Translations under genes and position numbers: made by a program
Assembly: GCA_024229115.1 (NCBI GenBank)
Contig: JAAEST010000044.1
Location: forward strand, 2,999-66,998
Reading direction: 5' to 3'
DNA length: 64,000 bases
Source of the DNA: Oligoflexia bacterium
GTDB taxonomy: Bacteria; Bdellovibrionota; Bacteriovoracia; Bacteriovoracales; Bacteriovoracaceae
Notes under the pieces: generated by a model
Told to the model about the DNA's origin: nothing
Database searches by the model: none
The model's input: the letters and a program-made list of their open reading frames with translations, nothing else
Shown here: positions 46,040 to 55,521 of the stretch, piece by piece
Numbering within the stretch: position 1 is the first letter of the stretch
Layout of the letters: each line of letters opens with the position of its first letter

Positions 46040-46879
46040 CTAATCTCTTTTTAGCGAGAGATGCACTTCCATCGCCTTATGATCTGAGCCCTCTACATCT
46101 CCATAAACTATTGATTTATTTACGTTGAAGCCCTTTACGAAGACATAATCGAGGACTTTTCCAAAAGTCTTCATTCTTCCGTCCTTCGCAAAATGAACTT
46201 CATCCATTCCAAGTCTTTTTATCGACTCTTTCATGTATCTTGTTTTCTTCTTTGACCATGTATTGAAATCCCCAGCATAAACGATTGGTCCATCATGTTT
46301 GGCCAGAACTTTTTCAATCTCAACCAGCATATGCTTAAGTTTTCTCGCGCTCACAAAGTTGATCGCATGTATTGTGACTGTCATTAATGTCTTATCATAA
46401 TCTTTGATCGCAAACTCATTAAAGAGGGCCATCTTTGGTGTTCTAATAAATGGCTCTTTGTAATGACTTCTTTGCCAGAAAGCATTGACAGGTTTGGCAT
46501 AACTAGCAATACCAACTCCAGAGGGAACATCTAGTTTCTTTGTATCAATAAAACTAGCTGCCATATGATAGCCTCTTCCCACATCTCCAAAGAAAGTGAA
46601 GAGCATATCTGGTGAAAGATATAATTCTTGAAGTAAAAGAATATCCATACCTCGAGCAAGACGAACATAGTCTCTACTCCAAGAAGGCATATCACCTTTA
46701 TACATATTCCATGTGAGGACTTTTAAATTATCACCATCAACTTCAGACTCGGTGTATTCATTCATATAAATATCAACTTCGTGGTCTTTAGCGTTGACGT
46801 ACCTTTTAGCAAAAATATTTTGTGTAATGAGAAGTGCGAGAAATGCAATCGCAGCCGAACTTCTTTTGAGAGTAAACAT
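46040..46879 (-). CDS. Secreted endonuclease/exonuclease/phosphatase (EEP) family protein
   Basis: Signal peptide. Motifs are LKVLTWNM, DILLLQE, GDFNTW and a C-terminal GSDHKAMEVHL. Confidence 0.8.
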   Translation of the reverse strand: MFTLKRSSAAIAFLALLITQNIFAKRYVNAKDHEVDIYMNEYTESEVDGDNLKVLTWNMYKGDMPSWSRDYVRLARGMDILLLQELYLSPDMLFTFFGDVGRGYHMAASFIDTKKLDVPSGVGIASYAKPVNAFWQRSHYKEPFIRTPKMALFNEFAIKDYDKTLMTVTIHAINFVSARKLKHMLVEIEKVLAKHDGPIVYAGDFNTWSKKKTRYMKESIKRLGMDEVHFAKDGRMKTFGKVLDYVFVKGFNVNKSIVYGDVEGSDHKAMEVHLSLKRD

Positions 46880-46979
46880 CCTGTTTCCTTTGTTGAGGGG
46901 TTCAGGATATTTATCGGAACTCTCAGGGTGAGAGCATAAATGAATCTAGTTTTTCACAGAATTATCAGAAAATTTTGCC

Positions 46980-47387
46980 TTAGTTCTTAAAGAACTTCCC
47001 TAATAAACCTTTGGAATTTTGTGCATCAGGATTATCCATACGATTACCTGACTCCCATAGTCCGTTGATAAAATCGGTCGTGCTAAAAGATTTATCAAGG
47101 GCCTTATTAACATCTTCTGAGTTGAGAATTTGAACACAAGGGGAATCCAATTCTTGGCAAACTCTGAAAGCGAACTTCTGAACAAGTTCCATCGAGCTAA
47201 ACGGGCCAATTCGCCCTTCAGAAATGAGAGCAGGCTCCAATGATGTGACTTCTTTATAAGAACTAAATAATGTTTCTTCGTCAGCATAACCTCTATCATC
47301 GAAGATATAGCTCACAACATATTCATTAGAAATAGAACCTTTATTTAGTAGTTCAGTGATGACAAGTAACCCTTCCTGAGTTTTCAT
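46980..47387 (-). CDS. Hypothetical cytoplasmic protein (135 aa)
   Basis: Its ATG overlaps the stop of the 583-aa gene (ATGA). I recognise no motif. Confidence 0.5.
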   Translation of the reverse strand: MKTQEGLLVITELLNKGSISNEYVVSYIFDDRGYADEETLFSSYKEVTSLEPALISEGRIGPFSSMELVQKFAFRVCQELDSPCVQILNSEDVNKALDKSFSTTDFINGLWESGNRMDNPDAQNSKGLLGKFFKN

Positions 47388-49135
47388 GAAAACACTCCAA
47401 ATTCAAAAGTAACACTTCCATCTGGAAGTAGCTCTAACTCAATCTCATGGGGCTGAGTTTTTAATGTTACATTTCTTTCATCAATTATTTTTAATAAGCT
47501 AAAAGTCTTAGGCACTTGTAACTTAAATTTTCTCTTATAAGAACTAGGATTATAAATTCCTAGTCTTCTCACCTCTTCAAATGAAAGCTCATTGTGACTT
47601 GAAGGACGATATCGCCAAAGAAACTGAATTCCCTCAGGAACAGAGATCTTCATATGATTATAATGGAAAGTTGAAAAAACTTTTTTCCAAAAATCAAAAC
47701 ACTTATCTTCAGATAACTCTGATAACTTACTTCCATCAAAGATAAGCATTCTTCCTTGACCAAGAGTCACGTTATGAATTGTCGTATGGAGATTAACTTT
47801 TTCAACATTAAGAGAGTTTTCCAATAGAAAAGTCTCTAGCCTTCTCAATAGGTCAGTCGATAGACCGCTTCTATTAAGGATCACTTTCCCACCATTTAAA
47901 AATGCTTTTAATAAGTTATTAAAAAGCTTCTTACTCATGTCATGACCATGAAAGAAGAAAGTAATTTTAGGAGCTTCAATCGACTCATCGAAGATAAAAT
48001 CTTTCTCTCCTAAATCGGCATAACACCAACGATAATCTTGTTGAAGGAAGTCCCATAAACTTAGATCGGCCCAGTTCGGAACATCAGCTGGAGCATCGTC
48101 TTGAATATCGAAAACTTCAAAGAATCTCAAAGGCTGAAAGAAGCCAACATTATCATCTTCATAATAAGAAGTTCTAAAGCTTAATTCACTAATTCCTTTA
48201 TTCACAGAATCATCTAAAAGTTTACCAAGAACACCTTCTTTTAAACGAGAAGGGATTAATACCGATGAAGGAAGGACATCTAAACTAATCGATTCCAAAG
48301 TATCATTACAATATCCTGAAATTGATTCCACATGATTGGCCCTTCTAAAAAGATCTTTTGGAGATCCCCCTAGAAAACTTGTACGAATATGTCCTTCAAA
48401 ATTTCCAGCCAAGTATGTTTCTACTTGTCCTTGATAGAGTGAGTGAATTGTTTCATAGAACTCTTGGTGAAGTTCTTCTTCTTTTTGAATTGAAGAAACT
48501 TCCTCACTTTCATTTTCCTTCTTCGTCTCTAAAAATTTTCCAAAGCCTTGTTCATAAGTCGATGAGTAGTCTTTAAAATAAGTTTGAAATCCTTCATCAT
48601 CAACATAGCCACACTCAAGACCCCAAACATCACAAGGAATCCCAGCTGAGCTAATATAATTTCCTAGATCTCTTAGAAATTGCCCATAGGCCTTAAAAAT
48701 TCGAGTATCAAAGAAAGAGTAAAGTTTATTTATCGATTGGTCTGGGTCAACAACTGCAACTTGCACCCCATCAGATCCCACAAGTGGTGACCTGGCCATC
48801 AAATGAGGAACACCGCCATTGGCCAAAAATGGAACAGGACCTGTAGGAACAAGAAAAACTGCTTCTCTTCCTAAAGAAATACAAATATCGGACAATTTTT
48901 TAAGGTCCGTTTCCGGTCTTTGCTCTGCGAAATCGTAAGATTCCCCAGTTTCTGTATGAAAAGACCAGTTAATTGGGATAATTATCTTCCCATTTCCCGC
49001 GAAATTTTCAATTTTCGAGCGCCATAGTGAAGCTGATGTTTTCCAATAAAAAAACCAAGATTCCCCAGGGAAAGCTGTGTCATGGTCGCGTGGAACGGGA
49101 GTGGTTAAGCTCAAAGATACCTCATGTTGCATCAT
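47384..49135 (-). CDS. Hypothetical cytoplasmic protein (583 aa); N-terminus faintly glycoside-hydrolase (GH42-like TIM barrel)-like
   Basis: No signal peptide. WFFYWKTS...INWSFHTETGESYDFAEQ...LKKLSDICISLGREAVFLVPTGPVPFL resembles the first strands of GH42-type barrels. This call is weak. Confidence 0.45.
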   Translation of the reverse strand: MMQHEVSLSLTTPVPRDHDTAFPGESWFFYWKTSASLWRSKIENFAGNGKIIIPINWSFHTETGESYDFAEQRPETDLKKLSDICISLGREAVFLVPTGPVPFLANGGVPHLMARSPLVGSDGVQVAVVDPDQSINKLYSFFDTRIFKAYGQFLRDLGNYISSAGIPCDVWGLECGYVDDEGFQTYFKDYSSTYEQGFGKFLETKKENESEEVSSIQKEEELHQEFYETIHSLYQGQVETYLAGNFEGHIRTSFLGGSPKDLFRRANHVESISGYCNDTLESISLDVLPSSVLIPSRLKEGVLGKLLDDSVNKGISELSFRTSYYEDDNVGFFQPLRFFEVFDIQDDAPADVPNWADLSLWDFLQQDYRWCYADLGEKDFIFDESIEAPKITFFFHGHDMSKKLFNNLLKAFLNGGKVILNRSGLSTDLLRRLETFLLENSLNVEKVNLHTTIHNVTLGQGRMLIFDGSKLSELSEDKCFDFWKKVFSTFHYNHMKISVPEGIQFLWRYRPSSHNELSFEEVRRLGIYNPSSYKRKFKLQVPKTFSLLKIIDERNVTLKTQPHEIELELLPDGSVTFEFGVFS

Positions 49136-49282
49136 ATAATCGACAATCCTTTATCATTCTAAATAATTTTAACAATTTGCCCAAAATAATGGCAAGTCTT
49201 CATCGCTACATTCCTTGTCATCAATCAGCTGATTTTGATATATTTCCTCCCTAAAATGCACTATTTACCTAAAGGAACCGCC

Positions 49283-50425
49283 ATGTGGTACTTCACTGAA
49301 GAAGAAAGACAAATTCAAGACGTTTGCCGTGATTTCGCAAGAAATGAACTCGCTCCAGTCGCTGAAAAGCACGATACTGACGAAACATTCAACCTGGATG
49401 CTTTTAAGAAGATGGGAGAGCTCGGAGTTCTAGGGATTACCGCAGATCCAAACTATGGTGGAGCTGGAATGGGTTGCTTAGCTGCAACTATCGTCATGGA
49501 AGAATTTGGAAAGGCCTGTGCAAGTTCAACTCTAAGTTACCTCGCCCATTCAATTCTTTGTGTGAATAATATTCAAAACAATGCTTCTGAAGAACAAAAA
49601 CAAAAGTATCTTCCAAAACTTATCACTGGTGAACATATCGGTTGTATGGGAATGAGTGAACCAGAGTATGGAAGTGATGCTGTTGGTATTCAGACGCGAG
49701 CTAAAAAAGATGGAAGTGATTACATTCTTAACGGAACAAAAATGTGGATCACCAACGCACAATACTCAGACATCGCTTATGTTTATACAAGAACTGGTGA
49801 TGAGAGAAAAAATCTTTCTACATTTATTTTAGAAAAGGATAAGGGACATTTTGATGTTGGAAAGCCAATCCACAAAATGGGAATGAGAGCTTCTCCTACA
49901 GGTGAACTTATTTTTGATAACACAAAAGTGGCCGGTGAACATCTTGTTGGTAATGAAGGTGATTCAATTTATCACATGATGAAAAACTTAGAGATTGAAA
50001 GAATCACAATCGCAGGGATTAGTTTAGGTATCGCTCAAGCATGTGTTGATCAATGTATTAAGTACGCCAATGAAAGACAGCAATTTGGAAAGAATATTGG
50101 TGAATTCCAAATGATTCAAAGAATGATCGCAGAAATGGCTTCTGAAACTGAAATGATGAGATCATTTCTTTACAACACTGCTTACCAATATGATCAAGGT
50201 GTTAAAGGAGCAACAGTCGCAGCTATGGTTAAACTCGTTATTCCAAAGCTTGCAACTAAAATTGCTCTTGATGCGATTCAACTTCATGGTGGTTATGGTT
50301 ACTCGAGAGAATTCCCTGTTGAAAGAATGATGAGAGATAACAAGCTTAATGAAATTGGTGCTGGTACTAACGAAGTAATGGTGATGATCATCGCTAAGAA
50401 CTTATTAAATGAAGCTTTAAAATAA
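49283..50425 (+). CDS. Acyl-CoA dehydrogenase (isovaleryl-CoA dehydrogenase-like)
   Basis: I moved the start to the ATG at 49283, which has AAAGGAA 5 nt upstream. Motifs are GMSEPEYGSDA, GTKMWITNA and QLHGGYGY. Confidence 0.85.
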   Translation: MWYFTEEERQIQDVCRDFARNELAPVAEKHDTDETFNLDAFKKMGELGVLGITADPNYGGAGMGCLAATIVMEEFGKACASSTLSYLAHSILCVNNIQNNASEEQKQKYLPKLITGEHIGCMGMSEPEYGSDAVGIQTRAKKDGSDYILNGTKMWITNAQYSDIAYVYTRTGDERKNLSTFILEKDKGHFDVGKPIHKMGMRASPTGELIFDNTKVAGEHLVGNEGDSIYHMMKNLEIERITIAGISLGIAQACVDQCIKYANERQQFGKNIGEFQMIQRMIAEMASETEMMRSFLYNTAYQYDQGVKGATVAAMVKLVIPKLATKIALDAIQLHGGYGYSREFPVERMMRDNKLNEIGAGTNEVMVMIIAKNLLNEALK

Positions 50426-50436
50426 TCGAGAAAAAT

Positions 50437-51582
50437 ATGAATGAAATTCAAACAGAACTTAAGAACCAACTAGAAAAATATCGTCTTCAAAAGATTGAAC
50501 CATTTATGGAAGAAGATGATCATAATGAAAATTTCCGTATGGATATTTTTAGAGAACTTGGTTCATTAGGTTTCTGTGGAATGACTCTTCCGGCACAATA
50601 TGGAGGATCAGAGCTTTCTTACCAAGACCTCTGTGTGGCCCTTAATGAAATTGCAAAATCATCAGTAAGTTATTCAGTTACAATTTCGGTTTCGGCCATG
50701 GTTCAAAATATTATTAATGAATTTGGTAATGAAGAACAAAAACAAAAGTACTTACCTGAGTTAACAAGCGGCCAAGAGATTGGAGCATTCTGTTTAAGTG
50801 AATCTGGTTCAGGTTCTGATGCTGCCAGCTTAAAAACAACGGCCAAGAAAGTCGACGGTCCCACCGGGCCGGGGTATGTATTAAATGGAGCTAAGATGTG
50901 GATCACATCTGGTGGAATCGCTAAGACATATATTGTGATGGCAAGAACAGGAGCTGAAGGCTCAAAAGGTGTTTCAGCATTCATCGTTGAAGATGGAACA
51001 GAAGGCTTAAGCTTTGGTAAAAAAGAAAAGAAAATGGGCTGGAAAGTAAGCCCTACTCGTGAAGTTCTTTTCCAAAACTGTTTTGTTCCAGAAGCAAATC
51101 TTCTTCAATCAGAGGGAGATGGATTTAAAATCGCCATGGCAGGATTAGATAGAGGTAGAATTACTATTGGATCGATTGCCTGTGGACTAGCAGAACGTGC
51201 TCTCGATGAAGCGACAAAATATGCTCTTGATCGTCAGCAATTTAAGCAACCAATCTTTGATTTCCAAGGACTTCAATTTATGCTTGCCGATATGGCCACA
51301 GAAACTGAAGCTTCAAAGCTTTTAGTAGATCGTGCAGCCTATCTCTATGACAATGGCGTTTCAGATCAAAAGCTCGCTTCAATGGCCAAATTAAAATCAA
51401 CAGACACAGCGATGAAAGTCACAACTGATGCGGTTCAAATTCTTGGTGGTGTTGGCTACACAAGTGAATACCCTGTAGAAAGAATGATGAGAGATGCAAA
51501 GGTTCTTCAAATCGTTGAAGGTACAAACCAAATTCAAAGAGTTGTCATCGCTCGTAGTCTTAAAAAAGCATATCAAAAATAA
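50437..51582 (+). CDS. Acyl-CoA dehydrogenase (short/branched-chain type)
   Basis: CLSESGSGSDAAS, GAKMWITSGG, QILGGVGY and EGTNQIQR motifs. Confidence 0.9.
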   Translation: MNEIQTELKNQLEKYRLQKIEPFMEEDDHNENFRMDIFRELGSLGFCGMTLPAQYGGSELSYQDLCVALNEIAKSSVSYSVTISVSAMVQNIINEFGNEEQKQKYLPELTSGQEIGAFCLSESGSGSDAASLKTTAKKVDGPTGPGYVLNGAKMWITSGGIAKTYIVMARTGAEGSKGVSAFIVEDGTEGLSFGKKEKKMGWKVSPTREVLFQNCFVPEANLLQSEGDGFKIAMAGLDRGRITIGSIACGLAERALDEATKYALDRQQFKQPIFDFQGLQFMLADMATETEASKLLVDRAAYLYDNGVSDQKLASMAKLKSTDTAMKVTTDAVQILGGVGYTSEYPVERMMRDAKVLQIVEGTNQIQRVVIARSLKKAYQK

Positions 51583-51591
51583 GGAAGTAAA

Positions 51592-52848
51592 ATGGCCCTC
51601 TCAATATCATTCAATGGTTTAAAAAATAAAGAATTTGATTTTTCAAATCTTGGATCTGACCTCGATGCTTTCAAAGAAATTATCAATGATGAGAAATATG
51701 GATTCTTTCACGTTACAGATAGAAAAGAATTATTAGATCAATGTAAAGCAGCTCATCAAAAGTTTTCTCAATTTAAAACTTTTGTTCAGGTTGGTATTGG
51801 TGGTTCAAGCTTAGGACCAGAGATGCTTATCAGTGCTCTACAAAAAAATGATGTGCACTTTGAATTCTTAAATAATATTGATCCAGATAAAATTCACCAA
51901 CAGCTTTCAAATATCAATTTGAAAGAAACTCTTTTTTACTTTGTAAGTAAATCAGGAGGAACAGCAGAAACAATGGCTTCTCTGGCGATTGTCGTCAATG
52001 AGCTAAAAAAGCTAGGTGTTGAAAAAGAAGATCTTAAAAAGCAGTTTATCTTTGCAACAGACCCACTAAAGAGTGACCTCTTAAATCTTGGAAGAGAATT
52101 AGGAATTGAAACTCTTGAAATACCTTCTAATGTCGGTGGTAGGTTTAGTGTCTTTACTCCTGTTGGTTATCTTCCTGCAATCTTCGCAGGAATTGATATT
52201 GAAGGTCTTGCAAGTGGAGCTAATGACCTTAAAGAAGAATTGCTAAAGAGTAATAGTGATTTTTTAAAAGCAACTCAATCTCTTTTTGAGTTAAAAGAAA
52301 AAGAAAATATTAATCAAACTGTTCTTATGCCTTACTCATCAAAACTAAGAGATCTTAGTTTCTGGTTTGTACAATTATGGGCAGAAAGTCTTGGAAAGAA
52401 GTTGAATAAGAATGGCGAAGTTGTTGAAACTGGTTTTACGCCAATTCCAGGGTATGGAGCAACTGACCAACACAGTCAGGTTCAGCTCTTTATGGAAGGT
52501 ACGAGAGACAAGATAATTTGTCTTATCGAAGTCGAGAAATTTGCAAATGACTACTCTCTTGCCAATGACTTAGATGTACCAGCTCTTAAAAGACTTAATA
52601 ACTCAAGTTTAGCCCAGCTCATGAAGGCTGAACTTGAAGGAACAATGAAGGCCCTTGAGGCCCAGAATAGACCTTACTTACTGTTTAAAATAGAAGAATT
52701 AAATGAAGTTGCTATTGGTGAGCTAGTTCTCCTATTTGAGTCGATGACTGCTCTTATGGGACACAAATTAAATATTGACCCTTTTGATCAACCAGGTGTT
52801 GAAGCAGGTAAAATATTTGCATTTGAATGGCTTGCCCAATTGAAATAA
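51592..52848 (+). CDS. pgi: Glucose-6-phosphate isomerase (short form)
   Basis: GIGGSSLGP, SKSGGTAET and VGGRFSVFTPVG signatures. Confidence 0.85.
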   Translation: MALSISFNGLKNKEFDFSNLGSDLDAFKEIINDEKYGFFHVTDRKELLDQCKAAHQKFSQFKTFVQVGIGGSSLGPEMLISALQKNDVHFEFLNNIDPDKIHQQLSNINLKETLFYFVSKSGGTAETMASLAIVVNELKKLGVEKEDLKKQFIFATDPLKSDLLNLGRELGIETLEIPSNVGGRFSVFTPVGYLPAIFAGIDIEGLASGANDLKEELLKSNSDFLKATQSLFELKEKENINQTVLMPYSSKLRDLSFWFVQLWAESLGKKLNKNGEVVETGFTPIPGYGATDQHSQVQLFMEGTRDKIICLIEVEKFANDYSLANDLDVPALKRLNNSSLAQLMKAELEGTMKALEAQNRPYLLFKIEELNEVAIGELVLLFESMTALMGHKLNIDPFDQPGVEAGKIFAFEWLAQLK

Positions 52849-52909
52849 ATTCCTGTAGGGATTACAATTTTGCTTAGTAATTTTATTAATTTATGAAGGA
52901 TTATAGAAG

Positions 52910-53821
52910 ATGGGTGATGATGCTACGGTCGTACTGACTGATATCAAAGCAGCTCTTGCAAGTGCAGAAAAAGAAGCCGAAAAAAAGCCAGCAGCTCTCC
53001 TTGTAGTTGGTGGAGATCTTAACGGAACAATTTTTGACCTTAAAGGTGAAGAAGTTGGAGCAGGTCGAAATGCTGATAACGCAATTCCATTAGACTTCAA
53101 TGGTATTTCTCGCTACCACTTCAAAATTACTTGTATCTCAGACGAAGAGCATATGGTTGAAGATGCTGGTTCTAAAAACGGTACATTCGTAAATAATAAA
53201 AAGATTGAAGGTAAACTACTTTTAAATAAAGGTGACATGGTTAAGATCGGGAGTATTGCCCTTAAGTATCTTCCAAAAGGTGATCCTGAAAGACTTACTT
53301 ACGATAAGCTTCAACATGAAGCCAATACTGATAGCCATACAGGATGTTACAACAAAGGTTACTTTAACAACGCCTTAGATCTTGAAGTTAAGAAATCTAA
53401 GATTACAGGTAACCCACTTTCACTCGTTGTTTTCGACCTTGATCACTTCAAAAAACTTAATGATAACTATGGTCACGATGCTGGTGATTACGTTCTCAAA
53501 GTTGTGGCTGAGTTAATTAGAAGTCATGGTGTAAGAGAGAATGATATTTTTGCCCGCTACGGTGGTGAAGAATTTGTAATCTTACTCCCTAAAACAAATC
53601 TTAAGCAGTCATTTGAAATTTCTGAAAGACTTAGAAAGCTCTTAGAAACTCATGACTTTATCTATGATAATCAAAAGCTTCCTGTAACTGCATCTATTGG
53701 TGTTGCGGATTACCGTCAAGGAGTGACAACAGGAACTGAATTATTCAAAAGAGCAGATGAAGCCGTTTACAAATCCAAGGAGGGTGGTCGAAACCAGGTT
53801 AATTTCTTTAGACCAAAATGA
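52910..53821 (+). CDS. FHA-GGDEF diguanylate cyclase (DgcB-like architecture)
   Basis: FHA motifs GRNADNAIPLDFNGISRYHF and GSKNGTFVN. The GGDEF domain has an intact RYGGEEFVILL. Confidence 0.85.
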   Translation: MGDDATVVLTDIKAALASAEKEAEKKPAALLVVGGDLNGTIFDLKGEEVGAGRNADNAIPLDFNGISRYHFKITCISDEEHMVEDAGSKNGTFVNNKKIEGKLLLNKGDMVKIGSIALKYLPKGDPERLTYDKLQHEANTDSHTGCYNKGYFNNALDLEVKKSKITGNPLSLVVFDLDHFKKLNDNYGHDAGDYVLKVVAELIRSHGVRENDIFARYGGEEFVILLPKTNLKQSFEISERLRKLLETHDFIYDNQKLPVTASIGVADYRQGVTTGTELFKRADEAVYKSKEGGRNQVNFFRPK

Positions 53822-55515
53822 CCACTCAAACTGAAACGACGAAAAATCGCCAAAAGATTCATCTCTTACCAGAACATTTAATCGATCAAATTAAAGCCGG
53901 CGAAGTCATTGAAAGACCGGCTTCTATAATCAAAGAACTTCTAGAAAATTCAATTGATGCAGGCTCAACTAAGATTGATATTCAAATTATCAATAATGGT
54001 ATGGACCTCATTGCTGTTACAGATAATGGCCATGGTATTTATTTTGAAGATCTCCCCTACGCTTTTTGTCGGCACGCCACAAGTAAGATTACAAAATTTG
54101 AAGATCTCTATAAGCTCCACTCTTATGGTTTTAGAGGAGAAGCCCTTGCTAGTATGTCGGCCATCGGTCGTGTCACATGTACATCCACTCCAGCTGAAGA
54201 TTTTGAAAATGGTGGAAAAATTGAGATTCACGGTGGTGAAGTTAAGCATCATACGAAAGTTCCTAATAATAAATCAGGAACCGCTATTTTTGTAAAAGAT
54301 CTTTTCTTTAATACTCCTGCGAGATTAAAGTTTGTAAAGTCACAACAATCAGAAAAGAATTCCTTAAAGAGAATGGTTAATTCATTCATTCTCTGCTCTC
54401 CTCATATTTCTTTCACTATTCAGTGGGATGATAAGGAGAAAGAAATTTATCAGGCCTGTGCAGACCAGCCAGAAAAAAGAATTAAAGATGTACTTCTCAA
54501 GGGAAGGCACGGTAGTAAAGATTTAGAATTTATTCAAGGTGAGTATGAAGGCCATAAAATCACAGGTTACTACTCTCACCTAAGCTCTCGCGGAAATGCG
54601 GGTAAAGCGCAATATCTCTTTGCTAATGGGCGTATTTTTACTGATAAACAAATACATCAAACTATTTTAAGATCTCTTGAAGTATTTTGGGGTTTTGGAA
54701 TGACAGGACATTACTGCTTCTTTATTGATGTTCCTACCGATAAGATTGATGTTAATGTTCACCCTAATAAGACTCAGATAAAGTTCTTCAAACTTAATTT
54801 GATTACATCTTATCTGTCGAGCTTAATTAAGCAACATAATGAAGACATTATTACTCCTGATGATGAAGCAGAATATAAACAAATCGAATTTCAGCACAAA
54901 CAGCAAGGAGAATTAGGGCAACAAAGTTCTAATAATTTCTTTCCTGGTTACAACAGCTCAGACTTCTTACATAAATACGATCAGGACAAAGGAGACTTTG
55001 AAGAAAAGTCATTTTCAATACAGGGAAGTCAAAATAGCTCTTCCCAGTTCATCCAGCAAGGCGAATACCTTCTTTTAAAAAATGAAGAGAATGAACTTAA
55101 GGCCTTTAAGATTTCTAAGCTTCTTGGTTTATTATTACAAAATGAAAACCCGTTACTCGAAAATGATACGACCCCACTTTTAATTAGTGAACCATTTCAA
55201 TTTGATTCGAATAAAGTGCAACCCTATCTCAAAGTTCTTAAAGAAATGGGATTTAGCCTTGATAAAATTGATTCTACGATGAGTGTCCTTAGAACTGTTC
55301 CTAATAGCGTTAATAAACTACCACCAAGGGCCTGCTTACTTTTTACAGTAAAATATCTATTGAATATGACAGAAATCTCTTCAAATATTTCTGACAATGA
55401 TATTTATACGAACTCTTTGGCAAGTTCATTAGTTTCTCTCATAACTCAAAGCCATGAACTAGAAAATACTGGACAAATTCTTTCGATAAATCAAATTGAG
55501 GCCTTATTTAACTAA
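53818..55515 (+). CDS. mutL: DNA mismatch repair protein MutL
   Basis: GHKL N-terminal motifs KELLENSIDAG, VTDNGHGI and GFRGEAL. It overlaps the preceding gene by 4 nt. Confidence 0.9.
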   Translation: MTTQTETTKNRQKIHLLPEHLIDQIKAGEVIERPASIIKELLENSIDAGSTKIDIQIINNGMDLIAVTDNGHGIYFEDLPYAFCRHATSKITKFEDLYKLHSYGFRGEALASMSAIGRVTCTSTPAEDFENGGKIEIHGGEVKHHTKVPNNKSGTAIFVKDLFFNTPARLKFVKSQQSEKNSLKRMVNSFILCSPHISFTIQWDDKEKEIYQACADQPEKRIKDVLLKGRHGSKDLEFIQGEYEGHKITGYYSHLSSRGNAGKAQYLFANGRIFTDKQIHQTILRSLEVFWGFGMTGHYCFFIDVPTDKIDVNVHPNKTQIKFFKLNLITSYLSSLIKQHNEDIITPDDEAEYKQIEFQHKQQGELGQQSSNNFFPGYNSSDFLHKYDQDKGDFEEKSFSIQGSQNSSSQFIQQGEYLLLKNEENELKAFKISKLLGLLLQNENPLLENDTTPLLISEPFQFDSNKVQPYLKVLKEMGFSLDKIDSTMSVLRTVPNSVNKLPPRACLLFTVKYLLNMTEISSNISDNDIYTNSLASSLVSLITQSHELENTGQILSINQIEALFN

Positions 55516-55521
55516 TTACCT

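Noticed and set aside
52891-53100. This is an antisense 69-aa ORF with striking Ala/Ser/Pro/Arg-rich composition opposite the 5' end of the FHA-GGDEF gene. A similar one lies at 58232-58480, opposite the kinase linker.
   Set aside because: The composition is the mirror image of locally GC- and purine-rich coding sequence (Ala/Glu/Lys/Gly-rich protein segments) on the other strand. There is no start context. It is most simply a shadow ORF.
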